Source: Methanomicrobia archaeon
GTDB lineage: Archaea; Halobacteriota; Bog-38; Methanoflorentales; Methanoflorentaceae
Reading direction: 5' to 3'
DNA length: 64,000 bases
NCBI GenBank assembly: GCA_015661395.1
Contig: JACWML010000003.1
Span: 3,567 to 67,566, forward strand
Positions 1-11,128 of this stretch are shown here, one piece after another. Below the pieces are notes generated by a model. That model saw nothing but the letters and a program-made list of their open reading frames with translations, did no database searches and was not told the origin of the DNA. Made by a program: the position numbers and the translations under genes. How positions within the stretch are numbered: the stretch's first letter is position 1; every line of letters begins with the position of its first letter.

Positions 1-403
1 GCGTCCTGACTTTCGTCTGTAGATTGTGTAGGACAACAAGACAGGAGATCTGGGGAAATCGTCTCAGCATTACTTTGATTGAGACTAGAGCGTTCCAAGT
101 TTCAGCTGAACAAAACACTATTTGGCGTGCTTGAGTCTTGTCGGCTAATCCGAATATCCACCTGCAAAGGGCGAGCTGCTCGAGGTGCGCTGCAACGGGC
201 AAGCGCCCTGGAAGTTCAACTTCGATAAACCTGACTGCGGCCACATGGGTACCTACCACGCTCTTGACGTGGTTCATATGCTCGCGTTCAGCACAAAATA
301 TCAGCCCCCCCTCAGGGAAAGCCTCAGCGACCGAGCCAACTAGGGCTGCATTGAATTGCGTGTGCTGAAGACCGCGAAAATGCGGTTCGCATATAACTAT
401 CAT
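1..403 (-). CDS. Glycosyltransferase-like protein, 5' part only (runs off the window start)
   Basis: Not in the ORF track. Manual translation from ATG at 403 gives MIVICEPHFRGLQHTQFNAALVGSVAEAFPEGGLIFCAEREH..., open to base 1. Resembles GT-B N-termini and lies in a glycan cluster. Confidence 0.6.
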   Translation of the reverse strand, partial: MIVICEPHFRGLQHTQFNAALVGSVAEAFPEGGLIFCAEREHMNHVKSVVGTHVAAVRFIEVELPGRLPVAAHLEQLALCRWIFGLADKTQARQIVFCSAETWNALVSIKVMLRRFPQISCLVVLHNLQTKVRT

Positions 404-910
404 AAGCTCTCTGTGATCCCGTAATCGTTTGCTGTATTGCGTTTTCAGGTTGGCTGCGCTTCTTGATAACGATGGGGCTCATTAACGTATGAAAGTGCTG
501 TGCCCAGCCATTGAGCTTTGCAGATGCGCGGGCATGCCTTGACTTGTGCTGCCAATATATGTTTGACGTTGCAGGGAGTCCCCATCTGTGCTTCAGCGAC
601 GGTTGGTCCGCGATATGCCCATGATTTGACTGTCAGATTATTTTTCCGTTCACCCGTAAGCCTCCGCATCTGCCTGAAAGTCCAATCTTGCACAGTTGCC
701 ACGACGAAGCGTTTTACCCGCATCGAAAAGGCGTAAGTGAAACGTGACCAGAACCGGATCTTTCGAGTTCCCGACGCCACAGATAGATACCGTTCACCGC
801 ATTTCGTCCGAGCGAGGTGATTAGCACGTTCATAGACTTGGTTTCATTTTTGCACAAACTCGACACTTACTCCGCACATGGTCTCCACGATCAATTCGAG
901 GCCCTTCTCG

Positions 911-1573
911 TCATTCCTTTACTACTTCACACCATATGTTTTCGTAGAAGGTTTTCGATGAGAAGATCTTGGAAAGAACAAGGACTACGCCTTTCGGTAT
1001 TCTATTATTCCACAAATTTACACCCACTGTCGCATTTATCTTGTTCGTCTCTTTGTAGCTTCGGATCTTCCCCCCACTTAAGCGCACGATGTGATTCACC
1101 TCTTCTTTTGAAAAACCACAATGTTGGTGTGTTTTATCGAGTTGATGGTATTCAACAACTCCGCGTTCCCAGAGCGCCTCATTTCTTTTCGGAACACACA
1201 AAAGGACGTTCTCTTGACAACTCTCGATAGATTTGCTCAATAAAGCACATGGATCTTCTACGTGCTCTAATAACCAATACAAAACCACGGTGTCGGTTTT
1301 TGGAAAGGTAACTGTGGTTGCATCGCTCATCATGAGCTCAACGCCTGCAGGGTACGCATAATCTTCGTACCGCTGCACGTCAATGCCGACGTAGTGCCCT
1401 GTCCATCCTCTTTGGATCAAAAAGTTGTACAATCGGCACGTGCCGCAGCCCACGTCAAGGATATCCCCTTTTTGGTATTCCAAAGCTAGGAAGTCGGTTG
1501 GGTATACAGCGCCTGCTTTCCACCCAAAATCAAATTCTTTCTTGACTGTTTCTGAGCAGTCGTTCCTGATCAT
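911..1573 (-). CDS. Class I SAM-dependent methyltransferase (glycan cluster)
   Basis: Motif I ILDVGCGTC, motif II YVGID, and LEHVEDP. Confidence 0.85.
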   Translation of the reverse strand: MIRNDCSETVKKEFDFGWKAGAVYPTDFLALEYQKGDILDVGCGTCRLYNFLIQRGWTGHYVGIDVQRYEDYAYPAGVELMMSDATTVTFPKTDTVVLYWLLEHVEDPCALLSKSIESCQENVLLCVPKRNEALWERGVVEYHQLDKTHQHCGFSKEEVNHIVRLSGGKIRSYKETNKINATVGVNLWNNRIPKGVVLVLSKIFSSKTFYENIWCEVVKE

Positions 1574-1693
1574 TTCCTTGCGTACCGGTATTCGAATTGT
1601 TTTTCTCGTTTGTTGGGACAGCGTATAAGTTTATTTAACGTCCCTAGACAAGTTTATTCTTTGATCATTTAGATTGTCTCCTCGTACTTTGCA

Positions 1694-2389
1694 GCGGAAT
1701 CCCCTAGCTGCTTCTAAGGATGAATAAAAACTCAGCTCTGCAATGAGCGGGGAGCGTGTTTACATTGATGAACGTTACGCATCCACAGCTAACCATAGCA
1801 TTTGTAGGGTCTACCATGACCACGACAGATCCAGCTTCTGCCGCTTTGCTCTCCGTGTACCTGGTGGACTGAGGCCGTGCCGCGTCGCCTATCGACTTGG
1901 CGAGGTAGCCGAGCTTGCGCTGCGCTTTCGCCAGTGCATTCTCCTCAGCTCTAAAAAATCGCGGCTTCTCTATGTGCTCGCCGTTTGAAAGCGTGGCGAA
2001 CGACGATAAGCCGCCGTCTACGCCTATCATAGCACCGTCTTTAGGCTTAAGATACTCTCGTGGCTCCGGTTCGTGTTCGAACGTGAAGCACGCAAACCAC
2101 TTACCCGTAGATTGTCGGTTAATGTTGAGCCGTTTAATCGTGCCTTCTATTGCTCTATGAAGCTTGATTTTAACGTTGCCTATCTTAGATAGCCGCACCG
2201 TTCTAGAAGAGCCGTCGAAAGCGAAGCCTTGTTGTGTGTAAGTAAACAATCATAGCGCCCTTTGCCCTTGAATCGCGGATAGCGCGCGTCTTATTAGGCC
2301 CATTTAAAATTATGCGTTTACAGCCTAAATAGTTCTATTGTGTGTTTGTCGCTTTCATCCCTCTAGCTGTCGCAAGGAGGCTTCTCGCT
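1694..2389 (-). mobile_element. tnpB: Degenerate IS200/IS605-family (IS1341-type) element with truncated, frameshifted tnpB
   Basis: YPRFKGKGRYD, then a frameshift near 2250, then FTYTQQGF...LSKIGNVKIKLHR...GKWFACF...GVDGGLSSFATLSNGEHIEKPRFFR...LAKAQRKL...KAAEAGSVVVMVDP. The N-terminal HTH and most of the RuvC/zinc finger are missing. Imperfect TTCATCC...GG..TTC(T)CGC hairpin ends at 1694-1724 and 2354-2389. Confidence 0.8.
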
Positions 2390-2730
2390 TGATTTAGCTA
2401 AACCGCCTCATAATTTGAAAATGTGATCCGCGTATAATTGGCTTTAATGGTAGGCCTCAATGATAGGTGCAAACTTCGTATGCGGTGCGACCTGCCTATG
2501 TGTATCTCACGAATGCCTGGGGGTGCTGCGTCATCCCTGCACAGTCTCGCAGAGGAATTAATATCTATGTTGTGTCTTCATTTTCAAAAGAAGAACACCA
2601 TGAGCTGTGAAGATGGCGAGGCGCCTATTAGTTGCGAATAACGGGGACGGGCACAGAGTGTTATCTCACGTTCAGAGCTTTTTGCCAATGACCCCCGCAT
2701 TCTTGCAACAGACACAACGAGAAACCAGCC

Positions 2731-3777
2731 GTGAACCGAAAAGTAGCTGACGAACCAGCCGTTAACAGGAAAGTAGCCATTATCATACTCAACTGGGACA
2801 GCTGGAGGGACACTATAGAATGCCTAGAGTCGCTTTTTCTCATTGACTACCAGAACTATGTTCCGATCATCGTAGACAACGGTTCAAGCGACGGGTCGAT
2901 AGACCGCTTGAGAGAGTTTGCTAGGGGCAGCCTCCAGATAGAATCGAAGTTCTTCGGGCAGGGCAGAGCGAGTAACCCGATTGAAATGGTCGAGTACACT
3001 CGAGACCAAGTCGATCGAAAAAATATTGAAGGACTCGGCGAAGACTCATTTTCAAACCAGAATCTCGTACTCATAAAAAATCAACGCAATTATGGCTTTG
3101 CCGAAGGCAACAACATAGGAATTCAGTTTGCTTTGGATTCAATAAAGCCTGATTACGTACTGCTTCTAAATAGCGATACTGTTGTCGATCCAGGTTTTTT
3201 GCGTGAATTGGTGAGAATTGGCGAAAGCGATGATACGATCGGGGCCGTAGGTCCAAAGATATACTATTATGACAACCCCTCCAAGATCAACTCAGCAGGA
3301 TGTGAAATGCACGATTGGTATGGTGGTGCCATAAACATTGGTATCGGCGAGACGGACAACCACAACCGATTTAACGAGATACGAGAGGTTGACTGCCTAC
3401 ACGGGAGCGCGATCTTAATCAAGGCCCCTACTCTTGAAGATGTTGGGCTGTTGGATCAGGATTTTTTTGTCTTGTTGGAAGAAACGGAATGGTGCCTGCG
3501 AGCCAAGAAAGCTGGGTATAAAATAGTCTTTGCGCCAACAGCATGGATCTATCACAAAGAGGGCTTCTCCGGCACGGAGGAGTGCGTACACTACTACTAT
3601 AGCAACCGAAATCGCATATTGTTGCTCAAAAAGCATCAGACATCGTTGAGAAAACCTATATACGGGCTTTCCATCACGTTGAGAACTTTGGCAGGAAGCA
3701 TCATATTGAGCGTAACGGGCAAGCCTAGTCTCGCCATATGTGGCTTGAAAGGCTATTTCAATGGCTTGCGCGTCTAG
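2731..3777 (+). CDS. Glycosyltransferase family 2 (rhamnosyltransferase-like)
   Basis: VAIIILNW, IIVDNGSSDGS, NYGFAEGNN, LLLNSDT, EETEWCLRA. Confidence 0.9.
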   Translation: MNRKVADEPAVNRKVAIIILNWDSWRDTIECLESLFLIDYQNYVPIIVDNGSSDGSIDRLREFARGSLQIESKFFGQGRASNPIEMVEYTRDQVDRKNIEGLGEDSFSNQNLVLIKNQRNYGFAEGNNIGIQFALDSIKPDYVLLLNSDTVVDPGFLRELVRIGESDDTIGAVGPKIYYYDNPSKINSAGCEMHDWYGGAINIGIGETDNHNRFNEIREVDCLHGSAILIKAPTLEDVGLLDQDFFVLLEETEWCLRAKKAGYKIVFAPTAWIYHKEGFSGTEECVHYYYSNRNRILLLKKHQTSLRKPIYGLSITLRTLAGSIILSVTGKPSLAICGLKGYFNGLRV

Positions 3778-4387
3778 AAATAGTTACGTTTGCGCAACCG
3801 TATTGATTCCTGATACGGTCCGCTGGATCGTGTTATGTGGATCGTAGGTATGCCTCACTATGAAACGAAAAAATGACGCAGTGTTGGAATTCTATAAAGC
3901 CGGACAGCATTGGCGTTTCCAAGTAGGTTGTGTAGCAAGATGCCGCATTTGATGAACCAGTTTCTTGGCATAATAATAACTTCGAACTTTTCTATGCATC
4001 CGGAGCTACTTTGTTTATTTCTTTGGATTCGAAGATCCGTTCTTCGGAATTTATTGACTTACGTACCATTTCTGTAAGACATCCAATCAAAGAATAATAT
4101 TGAGCATAAAGGCAATATCGATTTGTGCCCCCCACAACATCTCACAATATCACACGCATAATTGCACGCGCTTTTGATTAACCGGATCATAAGCGTATCA
4201 AATCTAAAGGAAGTAATGTAATGCCTTATTGTGCGAGCGCTTGTATCGGTTTTCTTCTTGACGATGTTGGCAGAGCGAAGTTTCGTTGAGGCTACCATTC
4301 TCTTTGCAGTGCACAGAGTTAACGAAATCCCGCGCAGGAGTGTTATAGGTCCAAGTTTATATATCCGCTAAACCACTCTGGTTTGCG

Positions 4388-5212
4388 TTGAGCGAAAGTC
4401 CCGGAGTTTCAATAGTAATACCGACATCTAACTCGGAAAAAACGTTGTCAAGATGTTTATTAGCGATTGCGAACCAAACTTACGAAAACATTGAGACCAT
4501 CGTTGTTGATGGAGGTTCAACAGATGACACGATGAACATATGCAAGCAATTCGACGTGAATTTTTTGTTAACTGCTAAAGGAAGGACGGCTCAAACCAAT
4601 TACGGGATCACAAACGCACGTGGCACATACATATATCGGGTCGATTCGGATGTTCTTCTTGCTTCAGATAATGTATCTGAGTGCGTCAAGAAATGTGAAG
4701 ACGAAAAATACGATGTGGTTTGCGTCTATTGGGGTCCCGATCCGACAGTTAGCTTCTGGGCCAAGGTAAGGGAGTTAGAGTGGAGTTGTTATAAGGACAC
4801 GCTTTTTCCCCGCGGTGCTAGATTTTTTCGAAAAACTGCTATCATAAGCATAGGGCTATTTAACCCAAACCTCACTTTCGGAGAGGATTACGACGTCTAC
4901 AACAGGCTGGTCAGGCATGACTTTAAGGTAGGTACCATCCAGTCGGAGGGGCTTCACATAGGCGAGCCACGCTCGCTAAATGAGGTCATTGCCGAGCAAT
5001 TTGTTTATGGCAAAACGCTTCACGCGTTCTTAAGAGAGCATGATGAAGGCCTGACTCAAGTGAGCCCAATAAAAAAAGAACTGCTTAAGAACTGGAAAAA
5101 GTTTGTGAGACGCCCAGCCTTAGCTTTAGGCTTCGTCATATATGAGACAGCTTATTATGGGGCAGCTCTCCTAGGATATATCGTCTCCGCTGTAAGCATT
5201 AATCCAAAATGA
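4388..5212 (+). CDS. Glycosyltransferase family 2
   Basis: VSIVIPTSN, IVVDGGSTDDT, VDSD (DxD), GED. Confidence 0.9.
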   Translation: MSESPGVSIVIPTSNSEKTLSRCLLAIANQTYENIETIVVDGGSTDDTMNICKQFDVNFLLTAKGRTAQTNYGITNARGTYIYRVDSDVLLASDNVSECVKKCEDEKYDVVCVYWGPDPTVSFWAKVRELEWSCYKDTLFPRGARFFRKTAIISIGLFNPNLTFGEDYDVYNRLVRHDFKVGTIQSEGLHIGEPRSLNEVIAEQFVYGKTLHAFLREHDEGLTQVSPIKKELLKNWKKFVRRPALALGFVIYETAYYGAALLGYIVSAVSINPK

Positions 5213-6336
5213 AGCTTCTCAGCCTCAACCACTCCGAAGTTACGCTGCCGGGAGGAGTACATACCGCTATCTTGAAGCTGTCCAAAGCGCTCATTCAGAC
5301 CGGATATACGCCCACTATTTTGTCGGTCAATCCTGGAGGATTGCAGAGTGAAGACTGCATTGATGGCGAGCTAATTATACGGATGCGCTCCCCAATTAGC
5401 TGGCACTTACACGGATTCAGCCCATCAACACTTTTTCGCCTGACAAAGTACGTAAACCGGATTCAGCCCGACATTATTCACGTTCATGGTTATCACACGC
5501 TGTTCTCGTTAGAAGTCTTATACCTCCTGCGGAATTCTGGGTACCCCATCGTTTTCTCTCCTCATTATGGGCCGGAGAGCCATAACACCTTGCTCGGCGA
5601 CAAGCTGTGGGGGGCGTACAAACATGTTGGCAAGTCCTGCTTTCAGATCGCAGACAAAGTGATCTGCGCCTCTGAATTCGAACGTGCGAACGTATTGCGA
5701 GATTTTCAAGTAGATGCGGGAAAGATCGAGGTCATCCCACACGGAGTCGATGCCATCAAACGCAAAAAAACGCGAACAGCCAAATGTGGCATCTCATTGC
5801 TGTATGTTGGGTGGTTCATCGAGCTAAAGGGGATCCAGTTTATCCTAAAAGCTCTGAGCGAGTTGAACACTGCACTGGATGCGAATGCCACTTTGATTCT
5901 CGTTGGGAAAGGCGGCTGTCAAGAACAGTTAATGAAGCTCGCTAGGGAACTCAACGTCGCTGACGTAGTGTTTTGGTACGCCCCCTTATTCGGCGACGCT
6001 CTCTATAGAAAGATTCGGGAAGCGGATATTCTACTTCTTTTGTCGCGCTCAGAGAATTTTGGAATTGTGGTTGCCGAAGCCCTCGCTGCAGGAGTTCCCT
6101 GTATAGTTGCTCATAAAGCCGCACTGAAGGAGTTTTCAGGAGAACCAGGATGCTTCTCCATTGCGTACCCACCGCAAACAAAAGAACTGGCCCGCCTGAT
6201 CGTCAAAGTCTATGAGGGAGATGTCGAGGTGGGGCCGTTTAGTAATAGGATTCAAACCTGGGATAAAATAGCACTCCGATATGACGAACTGTATCGCTCG
6301 TTGCTCAAAGGAGATATGAAGCGTGCTCATACGTAA
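5209..6336 (+). CDS. Glycosyltransferase family 4
   Basis: PDIIHVHG, KG motif, ENFGIVVAEALAAG (EX7E). Confidence 0.9.
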   Translation: MKLLSLNHSEVTLPGGVHTAILKLSKALIQTGYTPTILSVNPGGLQSEDCIDGELIIRMRSPISWHLHGFSPSTLFRLTKYVNRIQPDIIHVHGYHTLFSLEVLYLLRNSGYPIVFSPHYGPESHNTLLGDKLWGAYKHVGKSCFQIADKVICASEFERANVLRDFQVDAGKIEVIPHGVDAIKRKKTRTAKCGISLLYVGWFIELKGIQFILKALSELNTALDANATLILVGKGGCQEQLMKLARELNVADVVFWYAPLFGDALYRKIREADILLLLSRSENFGIVVAEALAAGVPCIVAHKAALKEFSGEPGCFSIAYPPQTKELARLIVKVYEGDVEVGPFSNRIQTWDKIALRYDELYRSLLKGDMKRAHT

Positions 6337-8518
6337 CCCCTTTCAAATGAACGATTGGGAGATCGGAAGATTCTTCAGGGTAATACTGGGCGTCCAGGTC
6401 CTCGTGTGGGCATGCATCGGTCTCGAGTACTTCAACGTGCCCGTGCCGCTTGTCCGTCCATTGGTTTGCTTCATCTATCTGACGTTTGTGCCAGGAATCA
6501 TACTCCTCCGCGTCCTCAAGGTGCATAGAATCGGCGCGTCTGAGGTAGTAGTGTACAGCGTCGGGTTGAGCCTGTCAGTCTTGATGTTTGGGATGCTCAT
6601 GACCGGCGTCGCACTAGCCCCGTTTGGAATCAAGCCATTTGCAATTGGACCCATCAGTGTCGCGATGAGCATCATCGTGCTGGCCCTGTGTGGAATAAGC
6701 TACGTGCGAGATAGACAGTTTTCCAAGCCGGAATTTTTTGACACGTCTGACATAATTTCGCCGCAGGTGCTGTTTTTGCTGCTAATTCCCTTCCTGGCGA
6801 TATTTGGCACGTACTTGATGAATGCTAACGGTAACAACGTGCTGCAACTAGTCCTATTGGTCATCTTGATGGCTTTTCCAGTCGCCGTCGCACTACGGAT
6901 GCTCCCGCAAAAGTACTACGCGCTGGCAATTTTTGTGATCGCTTTGTCGATACTGTTGCACACGACGTTGATCTCTCCTAACGTATGGGGCGCTGACGTC
7001 AACAGTGAGCTCAGCATATCGAACACAATCATACACGATCAGCTTTGGAATCAAGCGATTCCCACCGCGTACAACTCTATGTTAAGCATTGTCATGTTAG
7101 TCCCCCTGTACTCAATCTTCTTACACCTCAATGCCACTTGGATCTTTAAAATCGTCTTTTCCATTCTCTTCTCGTTTGTTCCGTTAGGACTATTTATCGC
7201 CTACAAAAACCAAACGAATGCAAAAATAGCGTTTTTTGCGAGTTTTCTTTTTCTTTCTTTTTTTGATTTCTACGTCACGTTACCAAGTGCGGCACGGGAG
7301 GAAATAGGTCTGCTCTTTCTAACGCTGCTGCTCGTTATTATTTCGCGCCACGACATAAAAACGCCTTCCATTACGACACTCACTATAATATTTGGCGCCT
7401 CACTCGTGGTCTCACACTACGGAACCACTTACGTTTTCTTGATCTTGATCATCGCCGCTTGGCTCGTGGTGCGGAGCCCGCTAGCAATAAACTTAGGATT
7501 AAGGCAAACAAACGGCTATAAAATTCTTGGGTCCAGCGTACTCTTGCTGTGTGTTCTCGCTTATGCGTGGTACGCCTATGTCTCGAATGGAATAAACTTA
7601 ACGACTGTCGTCAATCTTGGGAACAACATTGTCGGCGCACTGGGCGAAACCTTTGCATCGACTCCGGGGAGCGCGACAAATCAGGTTACTGGCTTCTCTG
7701 GGGCAGCGCTCACTCTGCTTCAAAGTGCTGAGTGGTGCTTGGATCTCGCTGTGATCGCGCTTAGTGCGGCTGGGCTGCTCTATGCTCTACACTCGCTCAG
7801 GCGGGGGATCAAGGGCAATGAACGATTAGGTTTCAACGGGGAATTCGTCGTCATATCTTTGTGCACCTTTGGACTCATCGGCGCCGGCTACGTCGTGCCT
7901 TACCTCGCAAAATCTATTGGGACTGATAGATTTTTCGACATCAGTCTGATCTTCTTGGCCCCGTACGCTATAGTTGGTGGTGCAGTCACTGCCAATGTGG
8001 CATCCCAGTTGCTGCACCGTACTAAACCCACGTGGAGGTTCGGGAGCCGATTTAACTTAGTAGCAGCTTTTTTGGTCGTGTTTCTGCTGTTCAACTCGGC
8101 ATTTATTTACCAAGTACTTAATGAACCTAAACTGGGCAGATTTGCTCTCGACCAAAGTGTTGATTTCTATGTCTACAATAACGGCGAGGTAGCAGCTGCC
8201 AATTGGCTAAGCGGGAATGGTTGCTCCTCTGCGTACAGTGTCTATGTCGACGTATTTAGGGCCCCTCTGTTAGGATCAGTGAACTTAGCGCCCCAAAACC
8301 AAACGGTCAACGTTCTCAGCGGCGATTACGACATAAACACGCACCATTATCCCGGCCCCGATTACCTCTTTGAAGGGACTTATAACATCCAGACCTCAGA
8401 GTTCCTTCTCCGCAACTCATCGTACGGGGTTGAGTACGAACACGATCCTTACTCTGGATTGCAAATGTCCCAAATCTATGACAGCGGCGCTGCGCGAGTT
8501 CTCGTTGTGACTAGGTGA
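6323..8518 (+). CDS. DUF2206-like polytopic membrane protein (putative GT-C/polymerase)
   Basis: 731 aa with many TM helices; FVPG..LRVLK, YSVGLSLS, VVSHYGT motifs typical of archaeal DUF2206 proteins; glycan-cluster context. Confidence 0.7.
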   Translation: MLIRNPFQMNDWEIGRFFRVILGVQVLVWACIGLEYFNVPVPLVRPLVCFIYLTFVPGIILLRVLKVHRIGASEVVVYSVGLSLSVLMFGMLMTGVALAPFGIKPFAIGPISVAMSIIVLALCGISYVRDRQFSKPEFFDTSDIISPQVLFLLLIPFLAIFGTYLMNANGNNVLQLVLLVILMAFPVAVALRMLPQKYYALAIFVIALSILLHTTLISPNVWGADVNSELSISNTIIHDQLWNQAIPTAYNSMLSIVMLVPLYSIFLHLNATWIFKIVFSILFSFVPLGLFIAYKNQTNAKIAFFASFLFLSFFDFYVTLPSAAREEIGLLFLTLLLVIISRHDIKTPSITTLTIIFGASLVVSHYGTTYVFLILIIAAWLVVRSPLAINLGLRQTNGYKILGSSVLLLCVLAYAWYAYVSNGINLTTVVNLGNNIVGALGETFASTPGSATNQVTGFSGAALTLLQSAEWCLDLAVIALSAAGLLYALHSLRRGIKGNERLGFNGEFVVISLCTFGLIGAGYVVPYLAKSIGTDRFFDISLIFLAPYAIVGGAVTANVASQLLHRTKPTWRFGSRFNLVAAFLVVFLLFNSAFIYQVLNEPKLGRFALDQSVDFYVYNNGEVAAANWLSGNGCSSAYSVYVDVFRAPLLGSVNLAPQNQTVNVLSGDYDINTHHYPGPDYLFEGTYNIQTSEFLLRNSSYGVEYEHDPYSGLQMSQIYDSGAARVLVVTR

Positions 8519-8522
8519 CGCA

Positions 8523-9599
8523 ATGAGAGTAGCTATTATTCCAACTAGCACGTGGACGGGAGAACGGGCTTATGGCGACTATCTGATTCCTGGCTTAAGA
8601 AACAAAGGAATCGAAGTTGACCTCATAGACACGAGGTACTTTCAAACCCCCCATAGAAAAATCTGGGTGGGCAGCTTGTTGCTAAAAAAAACGTTGATGC
8701 ATAAAGGCCTCGTAATAGTGCATAACTTGGACAACCTCGGCCCTTATCTAATCAAGCGCTCCTTAGAACACGTGAGGCCGATTTCCACTGTTCATGACAT
8801 CGCGCCGCTTATTCTGCCTTATATGTCTGATTGGGTAATTAAAGCCGATTTCGGTCTCATACTCCCACGGCTGCTGAATAACAGCAGCCTAATAATCGTA
8901 CCAAGCCAGTCAACCAAGGGTGATATCATATCGAAGTTTTCAATTGGTGAAAATAAGATCGCAATCATCGAACAGGGGGTTGACACGTCTTTCTTTTATC
9001 CAAGGCATTTCAATCAACAAGTGTTACGAAAATATCACATACCAAACCAGTATTTGTTATATGCCGGGACTGATAGCGCGCGAAAGAACTTAGTGAACCT
9101 AATACTGGGCTATAGCAAAATATGTGACGAAATCAGCCACGATTTAGTTCTGGTTGGCATGATAAACCGAGATTACGTTGAACGAGTAGTCACAAGAGTT
9201 GTTCACGCGGCAGAAGCACAACAACACATTTCTCAGAGGATACATTTAGTTGGATACGTCGAGCGCGCTGATCTGCCGTACATTTACAGCTCTGCAAGCG
9301 CTTTGGTGCTTCCCTCTCTTTATGAGGGATTCGGCATGCCCCCATTAGAAGCGATGGCGTGCGGGACGATAGCCGTCGTCTCCAACAACAGCTCTTTACG
9401 AGAGATTGTGGATGGTTCTGCCATACTTATCAACGACCCCCTAGATCCTGAAGAGATCTCAGCCAGAATTCTACAGGCGCTTGAAAAAGACGATGAAAGC
9501 GACTTGAAACAGCGCGGACTTAGCCAAGCGCAAAAATACACGTGGGAGAATACGGTACAAAAAACTATCGCCGCCTATGACAAGGTAGCACAAATGTAA
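8523..9599 (+). CDS. Glycosyltransferase family 4 (MtfB/mannosyltransferase-like)
   Basis: TVHDIAP, RKNL, PSLYEGFGMPPLEAMACG. Confidence 0.9.
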   Translation: MRVAIIPTSTWTGERAYGDYLIPGLRNKGIEVDLIDTRYFQTPHRKIWVGSLLLKKTLMHKGLVIVHNLDNLGPYLIKRSLEHVRPISTVHDIAPLILPYMSDWVIKADFGLILPRLLNNSSLIIVPSQSTKGDIISKFSIGENKIAIIEQGVDTSFFYPRHFNQQVLRKYHIPNQYLLYAGTDSARKNLVNLILGYSKICDEISHDLVLVGMINRDYVERVVTRVVHAAEAQQHISQRIHLVGYVERADLPYIYSSASALVLPSLYEGFGMPPLEAMACGTIAVVSNNSSLREIVDGSAILINDPLDPEEISARILQALEKDDESDLKQRGLSQAQKYTWENTVQKTIAAYDKVAQM

Positions 9600-9962
9600 C
9601 TGCTTTTTCACGCGTTAGCCATTAAATAGCCTTTTAAGCCACATATAGCGAGATTCCTATGTTGTCACGCTTAATGCGTTGTTTGCTGCCGAAATTCTCA
9701 ACGTAACAGAACGCCCACACATCCCTTCTCTTGACTGCGCCTGATGCTTTTGAAAGCGAGGCGTGCGGTTTCGGTTGACAGTGCAGTGCTTCCACTATCG
9801 ATGGGATAAGTCTTCTCTGTGGCAGATCTGTGCTGTCCGGCACCTATTCTCGGAAGCCGTCGACGTGGCCGATCACGACTCGCTCTGATCTTACTGCTCC
9901 TCTTGATGCTAGAGGGCCGGGTACTAATTTTAAGCAACGGGGGCCTCAGTTTCGAGTCTGGC

Positions 9963-11123
9963 TTAGGCTACTTCACTATCGTCGCCTCTGAATAGTTTAT
10001 CGTACGAGGTCACAATGTGATCCCACGAATACGCTGCGATTGCCCTTTTGTATACCTCGGAGCGAAACTCCGCAGACCCTCGGCCATTCTTTTCTATCAA
10101 GGTCACTAGATCGCTCAAGCCGATGCTATTCGAGAAGTAGTATGCGAAGCGACTGCACACCTCTCTGTTGAAAACGTTATCGTGACATACGATAAGATTC
10201 TTGGAAATCATTGCCTCCAAGAGACTCGGATTGGTGCCGCCTACTGAGTGCCCGTGGATATACGCAAGGCAGTGTTGCCGCAACATCCCAAGCACGTCAG
10301 CGTCGTATATCGCTCCCAAAAAGAATATATTGGCTGATTTGCCGTTAGATACACCCCGATACACTCGATGTCGGTATTTATCGCTCGTAAAATCGCCGAC
10401 GATGACCAACGGATAGTTCGGTCTCGCCTTAACGAATCCGTCGACGATCATGTGGATGTTGTTTTCAGGCTCCAAGCGTGCTATGAGCAACCAGTAATTG
10501 CCCTTTGCTATCGTGCCGCTGGCGGTCTTTCCACGGAAGTAGCTGCGTAGTTTAGTCCCATCCCACGACTGAGGTTTCTGCTCGGAAACGCCGTACGGGA
10601 TGTAGCAAGTCTTGGCGCAATGTCTCTCGCCAATGCATCGCTTCAGCTGTTCATTGTCAACAACGATTTTAGAAGCGAGATTAAGTGAGACAGCGAAGAG
10701 TAATATGATGATGCTCCGTTCCACCACGGTGTATTTGGCGCGCTTCCACTCTAAGCCATCCATGTTCACCACAACCTGCCTCTTCAGCAATCTGGGGATC
10801 AGCAGGGACGGCCCACCGTAGATTCCAAGCACGTAAATGACGTCGCAAATTAGAGAATAGCGCGCGATGAAGTAGCTATCGTATAGAAGCTCGAATGCTT
10901 TTCTTACCGTGTAGTTGGCGGGCGGTTTGAGCGCGAAGTAATCGAGGGTAGCCCCTGTGTCATCAGCGATGTGCTTTCCGCTAGCCGGTTTCTCACAGCT
11001 GCAACGAACGCCGTACCCTTTCTGCACGAGGCGCGGCACGAGATCTGCAAGCATTCGCTCATATCCTCCATAATTGTTTATGCCTCGTGCACCGACGATT
11101 CCAACGGTCCTCCTCCGACGCAC
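9963..11123 (-). CDS. DUF1972-domain GT4 glycosyltransferase (rhamnosyltransferase-like)
   Basis: VGARGINNYGGYE, NMDGLEWKRAKY, ARLEPENN, YIHGHSVGGTNPSLLEAM. Confidence 0.9.
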   Translation of the reverse strand: MRRRRTVGIVGARGINNYGGYERMLADLVPRLVQKGYGVRCSCEKPASGKHIADDTGATLDYFALKPPANYTVRKAFELLYDSYFIARYSLICDVIYVLGIYGGPSLLIPRLLKRQVVVNMDGLEWKRAKYTVVERSIIILLFAVSLNLASKIVVDNEQLKRCIGERHCAKTCYIPYGVSEQKPQSWDGTKLRSYFRGKTASGTIAKGNYWLLIARLEPENNIHMIVDGFVKARPNYPLVIVGDFTSDKYRHRVYRGVSNGKSANIFFLGAIYDADVLGMLRQHCLAYIHGHSVGGTNPSLLEAMISKNLIVCHDNVFNREVCSRFAYYFSNSIGLSDLVTLIEKNGRGSAEFRSEVYKRAIAAYSWDHIVTSYDKLFRGDDSEVA

Positions 11124-11128
11124 GCTAA

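Noticed and set aside
445-900. ORFs 445-780 and 518-736
   Set aside because: No recognisable motifs; overlapping on opposite strands with non-protein-like composition.
3780-4380. 600-bp AT-richer gap with ORF 4059-4298
   Set aside because: No recognisable protein, repeat or RNA structure by eye.
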